Positions 22,500 to 34,587 of a DNA stretch of 64,000 bases are shown one piece after another. The position numbers were made by a program, and so were the translations under genes. The stretch comes from Hyaloraphidium curvatum SAG 235-1 (Eukaryota; Fungi; Monoblepharomycota): NCBI GenBank assembly GCA_025558095.1, contig JAIVFI010000002.1, positions 620,001-684,000 of the forward strand. The letters are read 5' to 3'. A model generated the notes under the pieces. The model searched no databases and had not been told where the DNA came from. It saw nothing but the letters and a program-made list of their open reading frames with translations. The stretch's first letter is position 1; each line of letters opens with the position of its first letter.

Positions 22500-25400
22500 T
22501 TGTGGAATGATGGGAGCATTGTTGGGCACACCGGCGCCGAAAAGCGAGCAACATTGCTCACTCCCCTCCGAATCTCCCCGCCTCCTGGCGTCGTGGTGCG
22601 GGTGGGGGCAGCGGGCCGCCCGCGGAAGTCCCTCACCGAAGCCGCACGCCGGGAGCCGGGGCCGATGAGGCCGTCCCCGCCGTCCGGGAGCAGCGGGGGG
22701 TCGACCCAAACAATGGCGACCGCCCCGCTGCCCAACCCTCCCCGGTCCCCGCTGGCGGACGATGCGCCCGGAGACGACGAGGATTTTCACGATGCGCGAT
22801 CGCGGGCCAGCCCGGCCACCGCTGGGGCCGTCGTGGACTTCCCAGCCAACTTCGCTGACAACGGCGGCGCTGTCTGCCCCCTCGGCACATGCGGCTCCCT
22901 GCGCCGATTCCACTCGGCGAGCGCTCTCTGCGGCCACCTCCGGCAGGTGCACTCGACCGCCGAGTGCGACCGCATCAACTTGCACGGACGAGCCGTCCGC
23001 TGCCCGTTCTGCTCGGAGCTCTACATGCGCCGAGGCGCCTACGTCGCCCGCCATGGATGCACGGTCAACGGCCAGACTACCATGCGGACCGGAGCCATCC
23101 CGCTTGGAGCCGCCGCGGAGCCCGCCCCCGCGCCCGAGGCGGCCGCGCCGTCCGTCTGCACCTCGCTGGGAGCCCAAGCCGAGGCCTTGACCGCCGCCCT
23201 CCGCGCCTTCACTTCCGCCCCCCATACGGACCACGAGGCCATCGACAACGCCATGCGCCGCCTGGACGACTACGGCTTCGTTTGGTTCGGCCCACGGCCA
23301 CGCGCCGCCGCTGCCGGTGAAGAACATAACCGCCTCCCCGTGACCGAGATGGACTCGGAGCTCCAGCGCCTCCGCTCCATCGTGCGGCTCGCCGCGGCCG
23401 GCCACGGTGGCAAAGCTCGCCAGCGCGCCATGGGCGGCAAAGTCTTCCCATACTCCGAGGCCAACGAGGAAAGAGTCAGGGCCGTGTTCCCCCACGACCA
23501 CCCCTCGTCGCGCGAAGAGCTGGAGGCCCTTCTGCCTGGCCACGCCTACTCGGACGAATACGCCCTCTCCCTGGTCGGCTGGACACGCACGGAGGTCGCG
23601 CAGTACCTCTGGAAGTACAGTGTCGACCACGAAAGCTCCACCGGGGCGGGGCCCGACACCTGGAACTACCGCCACCTCACCTCCCTCCTCAGCTGCCGCG
23701 GAGACCGCGACCGCAAAGCCTTCCTCCCCGTCGCTGAAGCCGTGATCCAGATCGTCGGAGGCAAGCTCGACCAGGATGGCCTCCGCCACTGGGGCAGCAC
23801 TTCTCGCCTCGTCCCCCTGCTCAAGCCCGACGGAGGGCCCCGACCGATTGGCATCATGCGCATCTTGATGAGGATGGCCAGTGCGCTTGCCAACCGCCTC
23901 TGTCGCGGCCTGCTGGAGCTGATGGTGGGACCGTACGACTGGGGCTCCTTCGTGCGCAACGGGACTGTGGCCGCCGCCCACACGTGTCGCGCGTTCCTTG
24001 GCCACCACCGTAACGGCTCGGTGACCAAGAACGACGTCAAGAACGCCTACCCCACGATCCCGCGCGAGAACCTCTTCCGCATCGCGCAAGGGCTACCGAA
24101 GGCGCTACACGTCGTCCGCACGGAATACCTCGAGTGGGGCGCGGTACACTGGACCGACGTGAACGGCCTTCGCCTCGCGACGTTTGAGCAACGACCGGGC
24201 GGCGCTCAAGGGTGCACGATCATCAGCAACATCTACGACGCCGCCAACAGCACCATCCTGGCCCCCGTGCGCGTCACGTTCGAGGCGGACGGTGTGATCA
24301 TCATCACGTTCAAGGACGACAGCTACACCCTCTGTCCCGAGGCCACCACCGTCTTCCGCGTCAGCCCCGAGCTCAAAAAGGCCTACGCGAGGAACAAGCA
24401 AGAGCTCAGGCTCCCGAAGGGCCTCATCTTCTCGGAGACGGAAGACCCGGCTATCCGCAGTGCCCTCGAAGCAGGTGCACGCGAGCACAACATGCCGCTC
24501 TCGTTCGACGGACTGGTGGTGGCTGGCATCCCCATTGGGACGGAAGCCTTTCAACGCGCCCACTTGGATGCCCGCGTCGACGCCATCGAGCAGCAACTGG
24601 ATACCCTGGTCGATGCCGGCATCCGCATGGTCATGCCTGAGGGGATCCCGACCGTACAGGGCCTCATGCGGACGGTGCGTGTGGCCGTCGGCGCCCCGCA
24701 ATTGGAGTTCCTTGCCGAAGGCCTTCCCCCCTCCGTCACGGGACCGGCCACGATCCGCACCCGCAACCTGGTGTTCAAAGCAGTGATGGCACTGCTTGCT
24801 CAGCCCAAAGCCGGATTGCTGGCCCCCGGCACGCTCACCCGCGAGCTCCGTGAACGCCACGTCGCGTTGCCCTTGCGGCACGGCGGCTTCGGCTTCCGAG
24901 ACCTCCATGCAGCCCGCCACGCCGCCTTCCTCAGCACCTGGCTGCAAACCGCCCACCTTATATGCCGCGTCGTCCCCCTCCACGACGTCGATGTGGATCT
25001 TGACCTGGATGAGTGTTGCGCGGAACTGCTGGAGACCATCCTCTACCTGAAGCAGCCCGCCCTCGGCCTGGGCTCGATCATGGACAAGATCCCCGCCGAC
25101 CGCTCTTTTTTCGCCCTTGCCCAGCGTATGGAGAAGCACTTCAGCTCAGGAGGGAAAGCCTCGGACGCGGCGGCCCGCGACTTCCCACCCCGGAAACTCC
25201 AACACGAGCTGTGCAACATCCTCCAACAGCGCGAATCCGACGCCCTCGTTGCCGCGGCAGGTGCGGCCGGCGACCTGCAGTACCAAACGGCGCTCCAGTC
25301 GGCCCGATCCAACCACGCCACGGCCTTCCTCGGCGCCTCGCCCGGCATCCGAACCCTGCATTGCCACGACACAACGTATCGCGTCGGCTCGGCCCACCTC

Positions 25401-26107
25401 CTTGGCCTACCGCCCCCAGGAACCGCACCAGACGGCACGTGCATGCCGTCGCCCATGCCCAGTCGTGCAGCAGTGGCCGCTGGAGTCGAGAAGGAGCCCT
25501 CCGCCGCCACAACCTGCTGCGCGACGGTCTCAAGACGATCATCGAAAGCCAACCACGCGGCCCGCTCATCGTGGACTCGGAGCCAAACCTCGCCGCGGCA
25601 GGGATCCAGCGCGTCCCGAACGCCCCGCCTGCAACACCGCATGCGTCCGGGCGCGCTGGAGCTTCGCAGCACCCGGAGCAAAACCGTGGCGATCTCCTGG
25701 TCCGCAACGAGCTCACGAACGAAACTATCGTGGTCGACGTCACTGTCACGCATCCCAACGGAACCGCCGAACCCCGATGCCGCTCGGAGCGTCTCTTTGC
25801 CGCCGATCAAGCCGTCAAGGCTAAGGTAGACTTCTACAAGGCCCGGTGGGTATTGCCTTTGAAGGGACCACGCCGCCTCGTACCGTTCGCCATGGAATCG
25901 TACTGTGCATTCCACGATGATGCCGAACGCCTCATGAAGAAGATCGCATACACCAAGTACTCCGATGACGAAGACCTGGACGGACTCCGTGCCACCTTCA
26001 TGTGCAACATGCGTCAACGCCTATCTATTTTATGTATTCGCGGCACTACTGATATCTTTACCGCCTTCCGGAAGCGAGGCTACATGCCACCGGCCGGCGC
26101 GGGATGA
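22500..26107 (+). mobile_element. CRE-like (R2-group, restriction-like endonuclease) non-LTR retrotransposon, frameshifted
   Basis: N-terminal C2H2/C2HC fingers; RT motifs GAGPDTW, LVPLLKPDGGPRPIGI, DVKNAY, GGAQGC, FKDD, GIPIG, LPLRHGGFG. After a frameshift near 25440: HAQSC, RRHN, RGDLLV, VDVTV, KxKxxFY, VPFAMES (RLE domain). Confidence 0.85.
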
Positions 26108-26958
26108 TATCCTTTTTGTACAGATACGGATATCACTAGACGGTCGATACTCGAAAAGCGAGCAACCCGACCGCGGACCGGGGAACCGAAACACACCGAG
26201 GCATCCAAGTGGATTTCGAGCAATTTCATCCTACTCTTTCCGTTTCGACCGGCCTGAAACCATCGACAAACACGGGAGTTGGACGAACCGGCAAACAACA
26301 ACACCGACCGACCGAACGCGAAATTGCAAGTCCGAAAACCGACCGTTCGCTTGGATCCTCCGAATCCCGCCGCGACCACCGAAGCGAACCCATCGAGGGA
26401 TTCACGCGATTGTTTGTCGGCGGAGGGTGGGTGCCGCCTTGGTTTCGGCTGTTTAAGAAGCGGGTCCAGGGACGGGCGTGTGAGGGCGCTTCCGTCTTTT
26501 CTGGTTCGGGGGTGGCATGACGAAACAAACCAATCGAGAGGTGGATAGTACCGAGCTGCCTGCTCCAGGGTCGACGTTCGACATATTCGTGGACGGATTC
26601 CTGTCGGCTTCCGACGTGGATTTCGGAGACGTGGGGCACATCTTGTTTCGATTTGCCAAACACATGCAGTCGCGCGGGTACGCCATGGTGAGGTCGGAAA
26701 CAAGCAACGACTTTGCCATCGCGGACGCTGTACGTAAGAAGAGGTTGACGGCGGGGTGAAAGTTTTTGTGCAAGTCTCACGCAGCCACCGATACAACATT
26801 GGCAGTCAGCTGCTTCTTGAATGCGTCGAAGGATTCGAGAATGGACACGGTGACTCTTTCCCGCTCTTTGCATTCGCGTGCCGAACAAAACAAGCCATCG
26901 TCGTCGGCGCCGGATCGCCAGCAGCAGCAGCAGATGCCGCGGCGCTCCGTCCTGTTCG

Positions 26959-27860
26959 TCAGCGCATCCAAATTCCGCCTGTAGTGCGCGCTGATTTCGG
27001 CTTCGATGCCGTTGCCGACTTTCGGGTCGGGCCTTTTGCCCGTCCACCATTGCTGGGTGGTCCTGGTTTCTGCCAGCCTGCCAAAGAAAGCATCTTCTGG
27101 TGCTCGACACCGACGCCGCAGTTCACCTTCAGAATCGGATCGATCTCGCGCAACCTCCGGAGCAACTCGGTGATGTTGGAGGCGTCCCTTCCGCCGGCGG
27201 TCGATGGCTTCAAGTCGAGCTGGGACCCGGCCACGTACGCCAGGATGCCTCGATCCGCGTCGTGCAGGCAGAAGATGAGCGGCGGCGCTTCGTCCGGCGG
27301 GCAACGCAGCTTCAGCTTTTGGAGAACAAAGCAGTTGTAGCGGAAGGTGCCTCGTTCCAGCGATATCACTTCGGTTTGGCCGCCGGCGTCGGTGATTTTT
27401 CCGACCAAGCAGAGGTGGCAGATGGCGGTTGGATCGCAGCGACAGGATATGCCTTCCATGTTTTCGAGCGTGGCCGCACCGAGGCCGAGGAGGTGCAATC
27501 GGATGCGGCCGGCGCTATTGACGGTGGAGACGATCGGGTCGCAGGCGGTGCAGTGAAAGATGCCGACGACGGCCAAGGTGGTGTCGGCGTCGGAGGCGTC
27601 CTGCACGTCGAGGAGATCGACTCGGATCTTGAGGTTGCTGTCGGTGCGACAGCCGGCGCAGGTGGGTGGTTGACTCAAGGCGAGTTTGATGGTTTTCAGC
27701 GAGCGCGCCTTGATGTAGTCGTCGTCGCCGGATTGTGGGGCGATCAGGAAGCCCGGTGTGATTTCGGTGCCGGTGACGGCAAGGACGCCGATGGTGGGAG
27801 ACGCTGCGGTCAGGCCTTGTTCCGACAGGAGATTGACGATGAGAGAGACGATTCTATCGG
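26959..27860 (-). CDS. Hypothetical protein with several CxxC pairs
   Basis: Frame is open upstream of the ORF-track start (27678) to ~27860; CAGC, CTAC, CRC, CHLC; GC3-rich codons; no family recognised. Confidence 0.35.
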
Positions 27861-27959
27861 CACATGGATGGATTTGGCGTTTTGCCTTTGCTGGGTTTGT
27901 AGTACCCTCTATGTCGCATCAGCCTTATGATCGCTCATTTTCGGTGCATGTGTCACTAC

Positions 27960-28414
27960 TGCGACGGTCCGGGCCAGCGGCGGGCCTAGTTTGTACGCTA
28001 GCCGGACGCGCAGATGCGCTCTGAGCTTGCCGGTCGCACGCCTCAGGGAATAGGCCCTGAAGTCGGTTAGTTTGCCGGGGTTGAACTTAGCTCGTCAGGC
28101 GATGGCCGAGATCCGAAGACGTCTCAGAAGGGGACGCCGGTCGCGGAGCTCGGGCTCGCGGTGTCAGAGTCGGATTCCGATCGAATCGGGCTCGAAGGTG
28201 AACGACTGACGCAGTTACGATTCCAACTCTCTCTCGCAATACATTTCCGGCCGCCTTTATACCCGCGGCCGTGCGAGATTTCGCCAAAGTCCGGCGAAGT
28301 TCGCCGAAGTTCGCCGAATTCCGCCGCTAACTCCGAATCGCCCAAACTCGATGATGACTTCCCAAAACGTCCCAGTTAGAAAAATAGTTAGTCCGGGCGG
28401 CCTGTACCGCCACA
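27960..28414 (-). mobile_element. 3' LTR (455 bp) of a Gypsy family related to the 48201/53437 elements
   Basis: On the minus strand starts TGTGGCGGTACAGG and ends CCCGGACCGTCGCA (same end as the family A LTR); TATAAA near 28256-28261; 10-bp TTCGCCGAAG repeats in U3; preceded by G-rich PPT 28415-28423. Confidence 0.8.
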
Positions 28415-28450
28415 TGCCCCCCGGCAGAAGTAGCGCTGCCCTCAGCGCGC

Positions 28451-28560
28451 CTAGTCCATGATCGGTTCCAAGTCGAGATACTCGTCGTCGTCCGACGGGA
28501 GGTTGTCGTAGCAGAGGAGCTGTACTGCCTCCTGATCTCGCTCCCCCGCCTCCGACGACC
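28451..28560 (-). pseudogene. C-terminal remnant of the pre-PPT accessory ORF
   Basis: Reads ...LLCYDNLPSDDDEYLDLEPIMD*, an acidic tail ending MD* like ORF 44235 (...YDDGEVAMD*), in the same position just upstream of the PPT. Confidence 0.55.
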
Positions 28561-31500
28561 CTAACGAACTACTCTCTCCCGAGGATCTCGGAGCTCCGCA
28601 TCGCAAACTTGGAGCTGCGACACCGGGAACCGCAGGCTGAGGAACCTACTGAGGACGATATTTCGAACTTCTTCTCGGCACCTCCTCCGGACTCATTGGG
28701 TCCCCCGAAGCCGGACGGAGTGCCCGCCCCTCCCGTCGAGGCGCTGGAACTCAAGCTCGACCAGACGATCCTCGACGACGAACAAAGGATTCGCTTCCAC
28801 GCCCTCTGCGACAAGTACCGCGAGGTCTTTGCACCGTGGATCGGCAGATTGCGCGGCCACAAGTTCCGAATCGATACTGGGGACAGCAAGCCGATCCATC
28901 AGATTCCTTATCGCACGCCCTTCCGCCTTCGAGCCGAGATGGACAAGGTCATCGACGACCTTCTCGCTCAAGGCGTGGTTGTGCCTTCGCGGAGCCCTTA
29001 CGCCGCGCCCGGCCTCATGGTCCCGAAGGGCCACGGCTCCGGCGAGTGGCGCTTCGTGATCGACTACCGCAAACTCAATGCCATCACCAAGCGCGACGTC
29101 TACCCCATGAAGAATCCGTCGGACACGCTTGCTCTCCTCCGGACAGCACGGGTCTGGAGCATTTGCGACGTGCATTCCGGTTTCTGGCACGTGGAAGTCG
29201 CGGACGAGGACAAGGAGAAGACCGCCTTCACGACGCACCGCGGACTCTACCAATGGGAGCGCATGGCGATGGGTTTCACCAACGCACCAGCGACTTTTGC
29301 CCGCATCATGGACGAAGTCCTCGCCGGCCTCCAATGGTGGTGTTTGGTCGTCTTCATCGACGACATCATCATTTTCTCGGAAACGATCGAGGTCCATTTC
29401 CTCCATCTTGAGCTGTTCTTCCAGCGCCTGGAGCAGGCCGCAATTACGCTCAAGCTTGCCAAATGCAAGTTCTTCCGGCCGCAGGTCAAGTTCCTCGGGC
29501 ACCACGTCACGACGGATGGCCTTTCCGTGGACCCGGAAAAGACCCGCGCGATCGAGGCCTTCCTCCGGCCTGCAACAAAGAAGGACCTTCAGTCCTTCCT
29601 CGGCCTGGCCAATTGTTACCGCCCCTTCGTGGCCGGCTATGCCAAATCGCGCACCCGCTCACGCGCTTGACGCAGGACGGGGCATCGATCACTCGGGATT
29701 GGGACCAGGCCTGCGAACTTGCCTTTGCGACCCTGAAGCAGCGGCTTACGTCGGCCCCCGTGCTGCGACGCCCGGACATGGCCAAGCCGTTCGTGCTCAT
29801 CACCGACGCCAGCGACGTTGGCCTCGGCGCCGTCCTCAGCCAGCGGGACCCCGACGGCCGCGACTACGTCGTCTCCTATGCGAGCCGCGGCTTGCAACCC
29901 GGCGAACGGAAGTGGGACACACGCGAACGCGAGGCCCTCGCAGTCGTGTGGGCCTGCGAGCACTTCCGCCCATACCTCATCGGAGCCGAGTTCGAGGTCA
30001 TCACGGATCACAGCGCACTGAAATGGCTCATGGAGACCACCAAGCCCGGACGCTTGCAGCGCTGGATCCTCTGGCTTTCCGACTTTCGGTTCAAGATCGT
30101 GCACCGGGCGGGCAAGGACAACGCGAACGCGGACTTCCTTTCCCGCTACGTGCCTGCACCCTTGCCGGACGACGACGTGGACATGGAGGACGCGGAGGAC
30201 ATTCTCGACATCCCCCGCTTTCGCCCTTCAACCCTGCCCAAACCCACCCCTTCTGCTTCTGAGGGGGGGAGGGGCGGCATAATGCCGGGGAGGGATCCCG
30301 ATATTCCGCCATTTCTCCGCTCCCCCGCTGCCAGCACCTTCGAAGCATCTCTTGGAGTGCGGAGCACGGGAGGAACGCAGACGGCATTCAATTCCTCGGA
30401 GCCGACCCCGGCTCGATTTGTGGCTGTGACAGGGACCGGGGGGACGTCAGAGTTTGCCGCCGAGACCCTGCCGGGACCATCCAGGCCCGTTCAACCTGAG
30501 CAACCGACGGGCGGATCGCCCGAAGGAGCATCTATCTCAGCACTGACGCGAGCGCAAGGCAAGGCACGGGAACCGTCGGAGTTTGAAGCCGAGGCCCCGG
30601 AGCCGCAAGCGGCTGCGCCGCTCGAGGTGCTTTTGCCCATACCTTGCAGCCGCCGATCCGGAGGACGTTCCGGAGCGGGACAAGGCTTACGTTCACCCTC
30701 TGCTCTATAACGAGCTGCCCGGGTTTCGGGCTGCGCGTGCTATTGATCTTGCTGACGTTAAATCCCGCGACGCCCTCCGCAAGGTGCAAGAGGCGGACGC
30801 AGAGACAAGGTCTCTGATTCACTACGTGCGGGACAAGCAGGTACCGGCGCACAAGGCGCTGAGCAAGTTCCGCGAGAAATATGGGAGCCAGTACTTCCTG
30901 GCCAAGGACGGCGTTCTGTGTCGCCGAGACGAGATCGCGACCGGCACTCGCCGGATCCCGGTGATTCAACTGGTCATTCCGCATTCCCTGCGGGAGTCCT
31001 ACCTTCAGCGAGCCCACGATGACCCGTTGAGCGGGCACGTGGGCCGCCATCGGGCTTACAACAACCTTCGCCGACGGGTGTATTGGGTCGGCATGGCCCA
31101 CGACGTTCGGCGATGGACTCGGGCATACCCATCGTGCATGTCTCGCAAGCTTCCCTCGGTGTCAAACCAGGGACTCCTTCGATCGGTGCCTTTGACGGGC
31201 CCCAACGAGGACATCTATATCGACTACATCGGGCCGATCAAGCCAACGACGCCTCGGGGCAACAAGTATCTCCTGGTATGATCCCTTCACCAAGTGGCTG
31301 GCGGCGTACCCGACGAAGGACCTCTCCGGACCAACGACGGCGTACATGCTTTACACGCGCTGGATCCTGGAGCACGGCCTTCCGAAGCGGATACACCACG
31401 ACAACGCCAACAATCTGGACAGCAGCTACTTGCAGTACCTTTTGCTCAAGCTCGGCATCGACCGCGTTCTCGTGACTGTCGGTCACCCGCAGTCCTCGCT

Positions 31501-33200
31501 CGCCGAAAGGCCGAACCGCTGGATTATGGACGCTCTGTCTGCGGCAGTCTCGAAGAACGCCACCTCTTGGGACGAGGACATCACAGGGGTAATCTTCGCC
31601 TACCGGACGTCGATCCACGCGACGACGGGCGAGACCCCGTTCTTCCTCATGCACGGACGCGACGCCCGGATTCCTCTGGACCTGCTGTATGACAGGACCG
31701 AGATCGAAGAGCCCGTGCACCTGCGCAACCGGGACGAGGAGAAGAACAGGTCGAAGGAGGACATCCTTCACACCTACGTCGTCAAGCTCGTTGCGCAGCT
31801 GCGGAGTGCCTACGATCTCGTGGCCCAGAAAATGGCCGAGGCAGCCGAGACGCGGAACGCCAGGGAAAACCAGCGCCGCCTCCCTGTGACTTTCCAACCG
31901 GGCGATCTCATCATGGTTTGGAACCCTACGGACAACGGCGGGAAGTTCATCTCACGCTTCATGGGGCCGTACCGCATCCTTGAGCAAGGGCGAACGGAGC
32001 TGACGTGGCGGCTTCAGCACGCCAAGGACCTGGACCACTATATCACAGTGCACGTGGACCGGATGCAACGCTTCAAGCCTTGGGACGCGGCCTCGTTAAA
32101 TGCCCGCTCATGGAACGCTCGTGTTCGGGACCTCACCGCCCAACAGGAGCTTGATCTTGCGGAGCCTTAACACAAGCTCGAGGAAGAGTACGAGTACGAG
32201 AACGTGCTCGCCGACCCCGAGAAGGAGGACCCCGTCGAGGAAGTCCTCGGCCACGAAGGACGGGGATAGGATTTGGTCTTCTTTGTCAAATGGCAAGGCT
32301 TCGCCCGCCCGACTAGGGAACCTTTCCGATCCCTCGCGGACGGGGCTGCGGACAGCATCCGCGGCTACGCTGCCCGCGTCGGGCTCAAACTGCCCGCCCT
32401 CCCGGACAAACATCGGAATCGGCGCCGCCGGACCTGATTCGTTCCCATTCAATCTGGTCAAAGCACACTCTGAGAGGTTCTCTATCTTCACCAAGGACAT
32501 CTACCCCTACGGAATATGGTTCGGCGGATCCCAAAACCTCACATCCAACTCCACCAACGACATGATTTCCACGGAGCAACCGGGATGTTTCTTCTTCATA
32601 TGGCACCAGATGAAACTGTCGGAGAGCCCCTTGAGACCTGCCCCCCGGTACATCTTCGGGCACTTCCCCTGCGCAAGGCAGAAGGGCAGAAGGTGTAGAC
32701 ATCAGGAGGCTGGTCTCCCAGCGACCCTAGCACCAATCCGATCACCGCGCCGCCCGATACCACGGTGTGCCGAAGCACCACGTGGGGATGCTTCGCGAGG
32801 GCCATGCTGACACAGCGGTACCACGTTGGACCGAAACAATCACTCTGGAACGGCATCTGGATCAGCACGCGGACCGACTCAACCTCGAAAGCTCACCGAG
32901 GACCTCGGCCTTGAGAACGTCACCCGACCAAGTCGCGAGTTCTCGCGACGGCGGCGTGCAGCCGACTGCCGCCAGGAGCCTCACTGTCTCCTCGGCAACG
33001 AGCCGCGCCCTCTCTGTGTCTTCCCCCGCGGGTTCGTCGCCATCCTCCTCCTCCTCCTCGGACGACTCGGCGTCGGGCGCTGCCACCGCCTGCTGGACGG
33101 CGCCCGGGTCGAAGCCATCCACCTCTTGGTTGCCTTCGAGCGGCCACCCCATGTGTGGGTCTCCCAAAAGGGCGCTTCCGAGGGCCAAGTCAAGGGAGAA
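28561..33200 (+). mobile_element. Degenerate Gypsy element (family B; RT-RNaseH-integrase-chromodomain), 5'-truncated, continues at 38676-38906
   Basis: ORFs 28609, 29463, 30583 and 31346 are frameshifted pieces closely similar to pol 55648-60783 (VVFIDDIIIFS, TDASDVGLG, AHDDPLSGHVG, HHDNANN). Confidence 0.92.
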
Positions 33201-33393
33201 TGTAACGCGCCGGCGTCGGGGCAAGGGGGACGGTGGTCCCCGGCGAGAGACTCGGCGCAGTGCTGTGTAGTGACTCCTCAACGTCGTCAACACAGGTCTT
33301 TACGGGTCCCCCGCGCCCCGTCCTGACAGTTTGACGACGTTCCAACCCTGAATCCACGTTTCCCGTTCCCCGTGACCTCGCCCTTGGTGCAGC

Positions 33394-34587
33394 ATGGCTG
33401 GCGCCGACGCTCTCCGCGATCTCCTCTCCGCGACCCCGGACCCCCAGACTCCCGTCGAAGTCCTTATCGAGCGCGAAAGGGTTTTCCTTGATACCCTCGA
33501 GCCGCAGGAGCGTGCTGCTTTCGTCAGCTTCTTGGACGCCCTCGGCGACGCTCAGCCCGAGTTCATCGCGCTCCCGATCCGTGCCCAAGTCGCCACCTAC
33601 CGCGCTTCCCAAGCAACCCACATCGCGCAGCACGCTCCTCTGTCTGCTCCGATTTCGGTGTCCGCCGCTGCGCTCACGGACGCGTTTGTCGGCTCTGTCG
33701 CGCGCATGGGGTTCCTGCCCCAGCACGCCGCTGCTGCCCCAACCGCGAAACCGATCAACGTGCCTACCCCGGACAAGTTCGACGGGACCGATCACGCACG
33801 GACCCGTTACTTCATGATGCAGGTCGACAACGCGCTCGAGCTCAAGCCGGAGCTTGCCTCGGACGCCCAAAAGATCGCGTTCTTCAGTCTGCTTCTCAAG
33901 GGCGATGCGCTCCGCTGGTTTGCTGCCCAGCAGAGCGGCTCCGGGACGATCGCGCCCTCGTGTTCCTCACTTCGCGAGGAGTTTCTCTCTACCTTTCAGA
34001 TGCCACTTCGACACACTTTCGCCGTCAATGCGCTCCATGCACTCGTCCAGAAGCCCGGGCATCTGGCCGAATACGCAGTCGAATTTGAAAGCCTGAAGCC
34101 GGATGTCGAGGGCTACAGTGATGCCACGTTCATGGATATGTTCCTGGCTGGCCTCTCCGCGGAGATCGTGAACCAGATGGGCCAGCATTCGAAGCCCAGT
34201 ACGTACCAGGAAGCGAAGAAGATCGCATTTGCTGCTCAAGTTCGCCTCTCCGAGCAGCAAGCTGCGCTGCGCAAAGCTCGGAGCCGCGACCGGCCCACCT
34301 CTGGGTATCCCTACCCCGGAGCGATGCAGTCGGTGCCCATCGGATCGCATGTCTCTCCGGCAGCTCCTTCCGCAAGTGCTTCCGGCCCCGTGCCGATGGT
34401 GCTGGGTTCCGCGTCTGCATCTGGCCAGCCGGGCGGGGCTTCAGGCTCGGCGTCCTCAGGGTCGCGCGCCAAGCTGACGCCGGAGGAGCGCCAGCGCCGC
34501 CTTCGCGAGGGGCTCTGCATTTACTGTGGTCAGCCCGGTCAAGTCAAGGCCTTTCGCCCCGCCAAGTCTGCATCGTCGTCTTTTTGA
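33394..34587 (+). CDS. gag: Gag (retrotransposon capsid; degenerate zinc knuckle)
   Basis: PDKFDG...LLKGDALRWF capsid motifs; PVPMVLG; CIYCGQPGQ lacks the final H/C of the knuckle. Confidence 0.9.
   Translation: MAGADALRDLLSATPDPQTPVEVLIERERVFLDTLEPQERAAFVSFLDALGDAQPEFIALPIRAQVATYRASQATHIAQHAPLSAPISVSAAALTDAFVGSVARMGFLPQHAAAAPTAKPINVPTPDKFDGTDHARTRYFMMQVDNALELKPELASDAQKIAFFSLLLKGDALRWFAAQQSGSGTIAPSCSSLREEFLSTFQMPLRHTFAVNALHALVQKPGHLAEYAVEFESLKPDVEGYSDATFMDMFLAGLSAEIVNQMGQHSKPSTYQEAKKIAFAAQVRLSEQQAALRKARSRDRPTSGYPYPGAMQSVPIGSHVSPAAPSASASGPVPMVLGSASASGQPGGASGSASSGSRAKLTPEERQRRLREGLCIYCGQPGQVKAFRPAKSASSSF

Noticed and set aside
22350-25139. Long antisense ORFs opposite RT/pol genes (e.g. 22350-24089, 36753-37871, 51503-52816, 56728-58041)
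   Set aside because: Shadow ORFs from high GC3 on the coding strand; no motifs.
26105-26140. Hairpin + CTAG as a Helitron 3' end
   Set aside because: Not followed by T, the hairpin abuts CTAG, and no Rep/helicase sequence is present.
28559-28565. CCCTAAC at the inversion junction as a second telomere-healing scar
   Set aside because: A single repeat unit is expected by chance, and it can be read as part of the pol frame.
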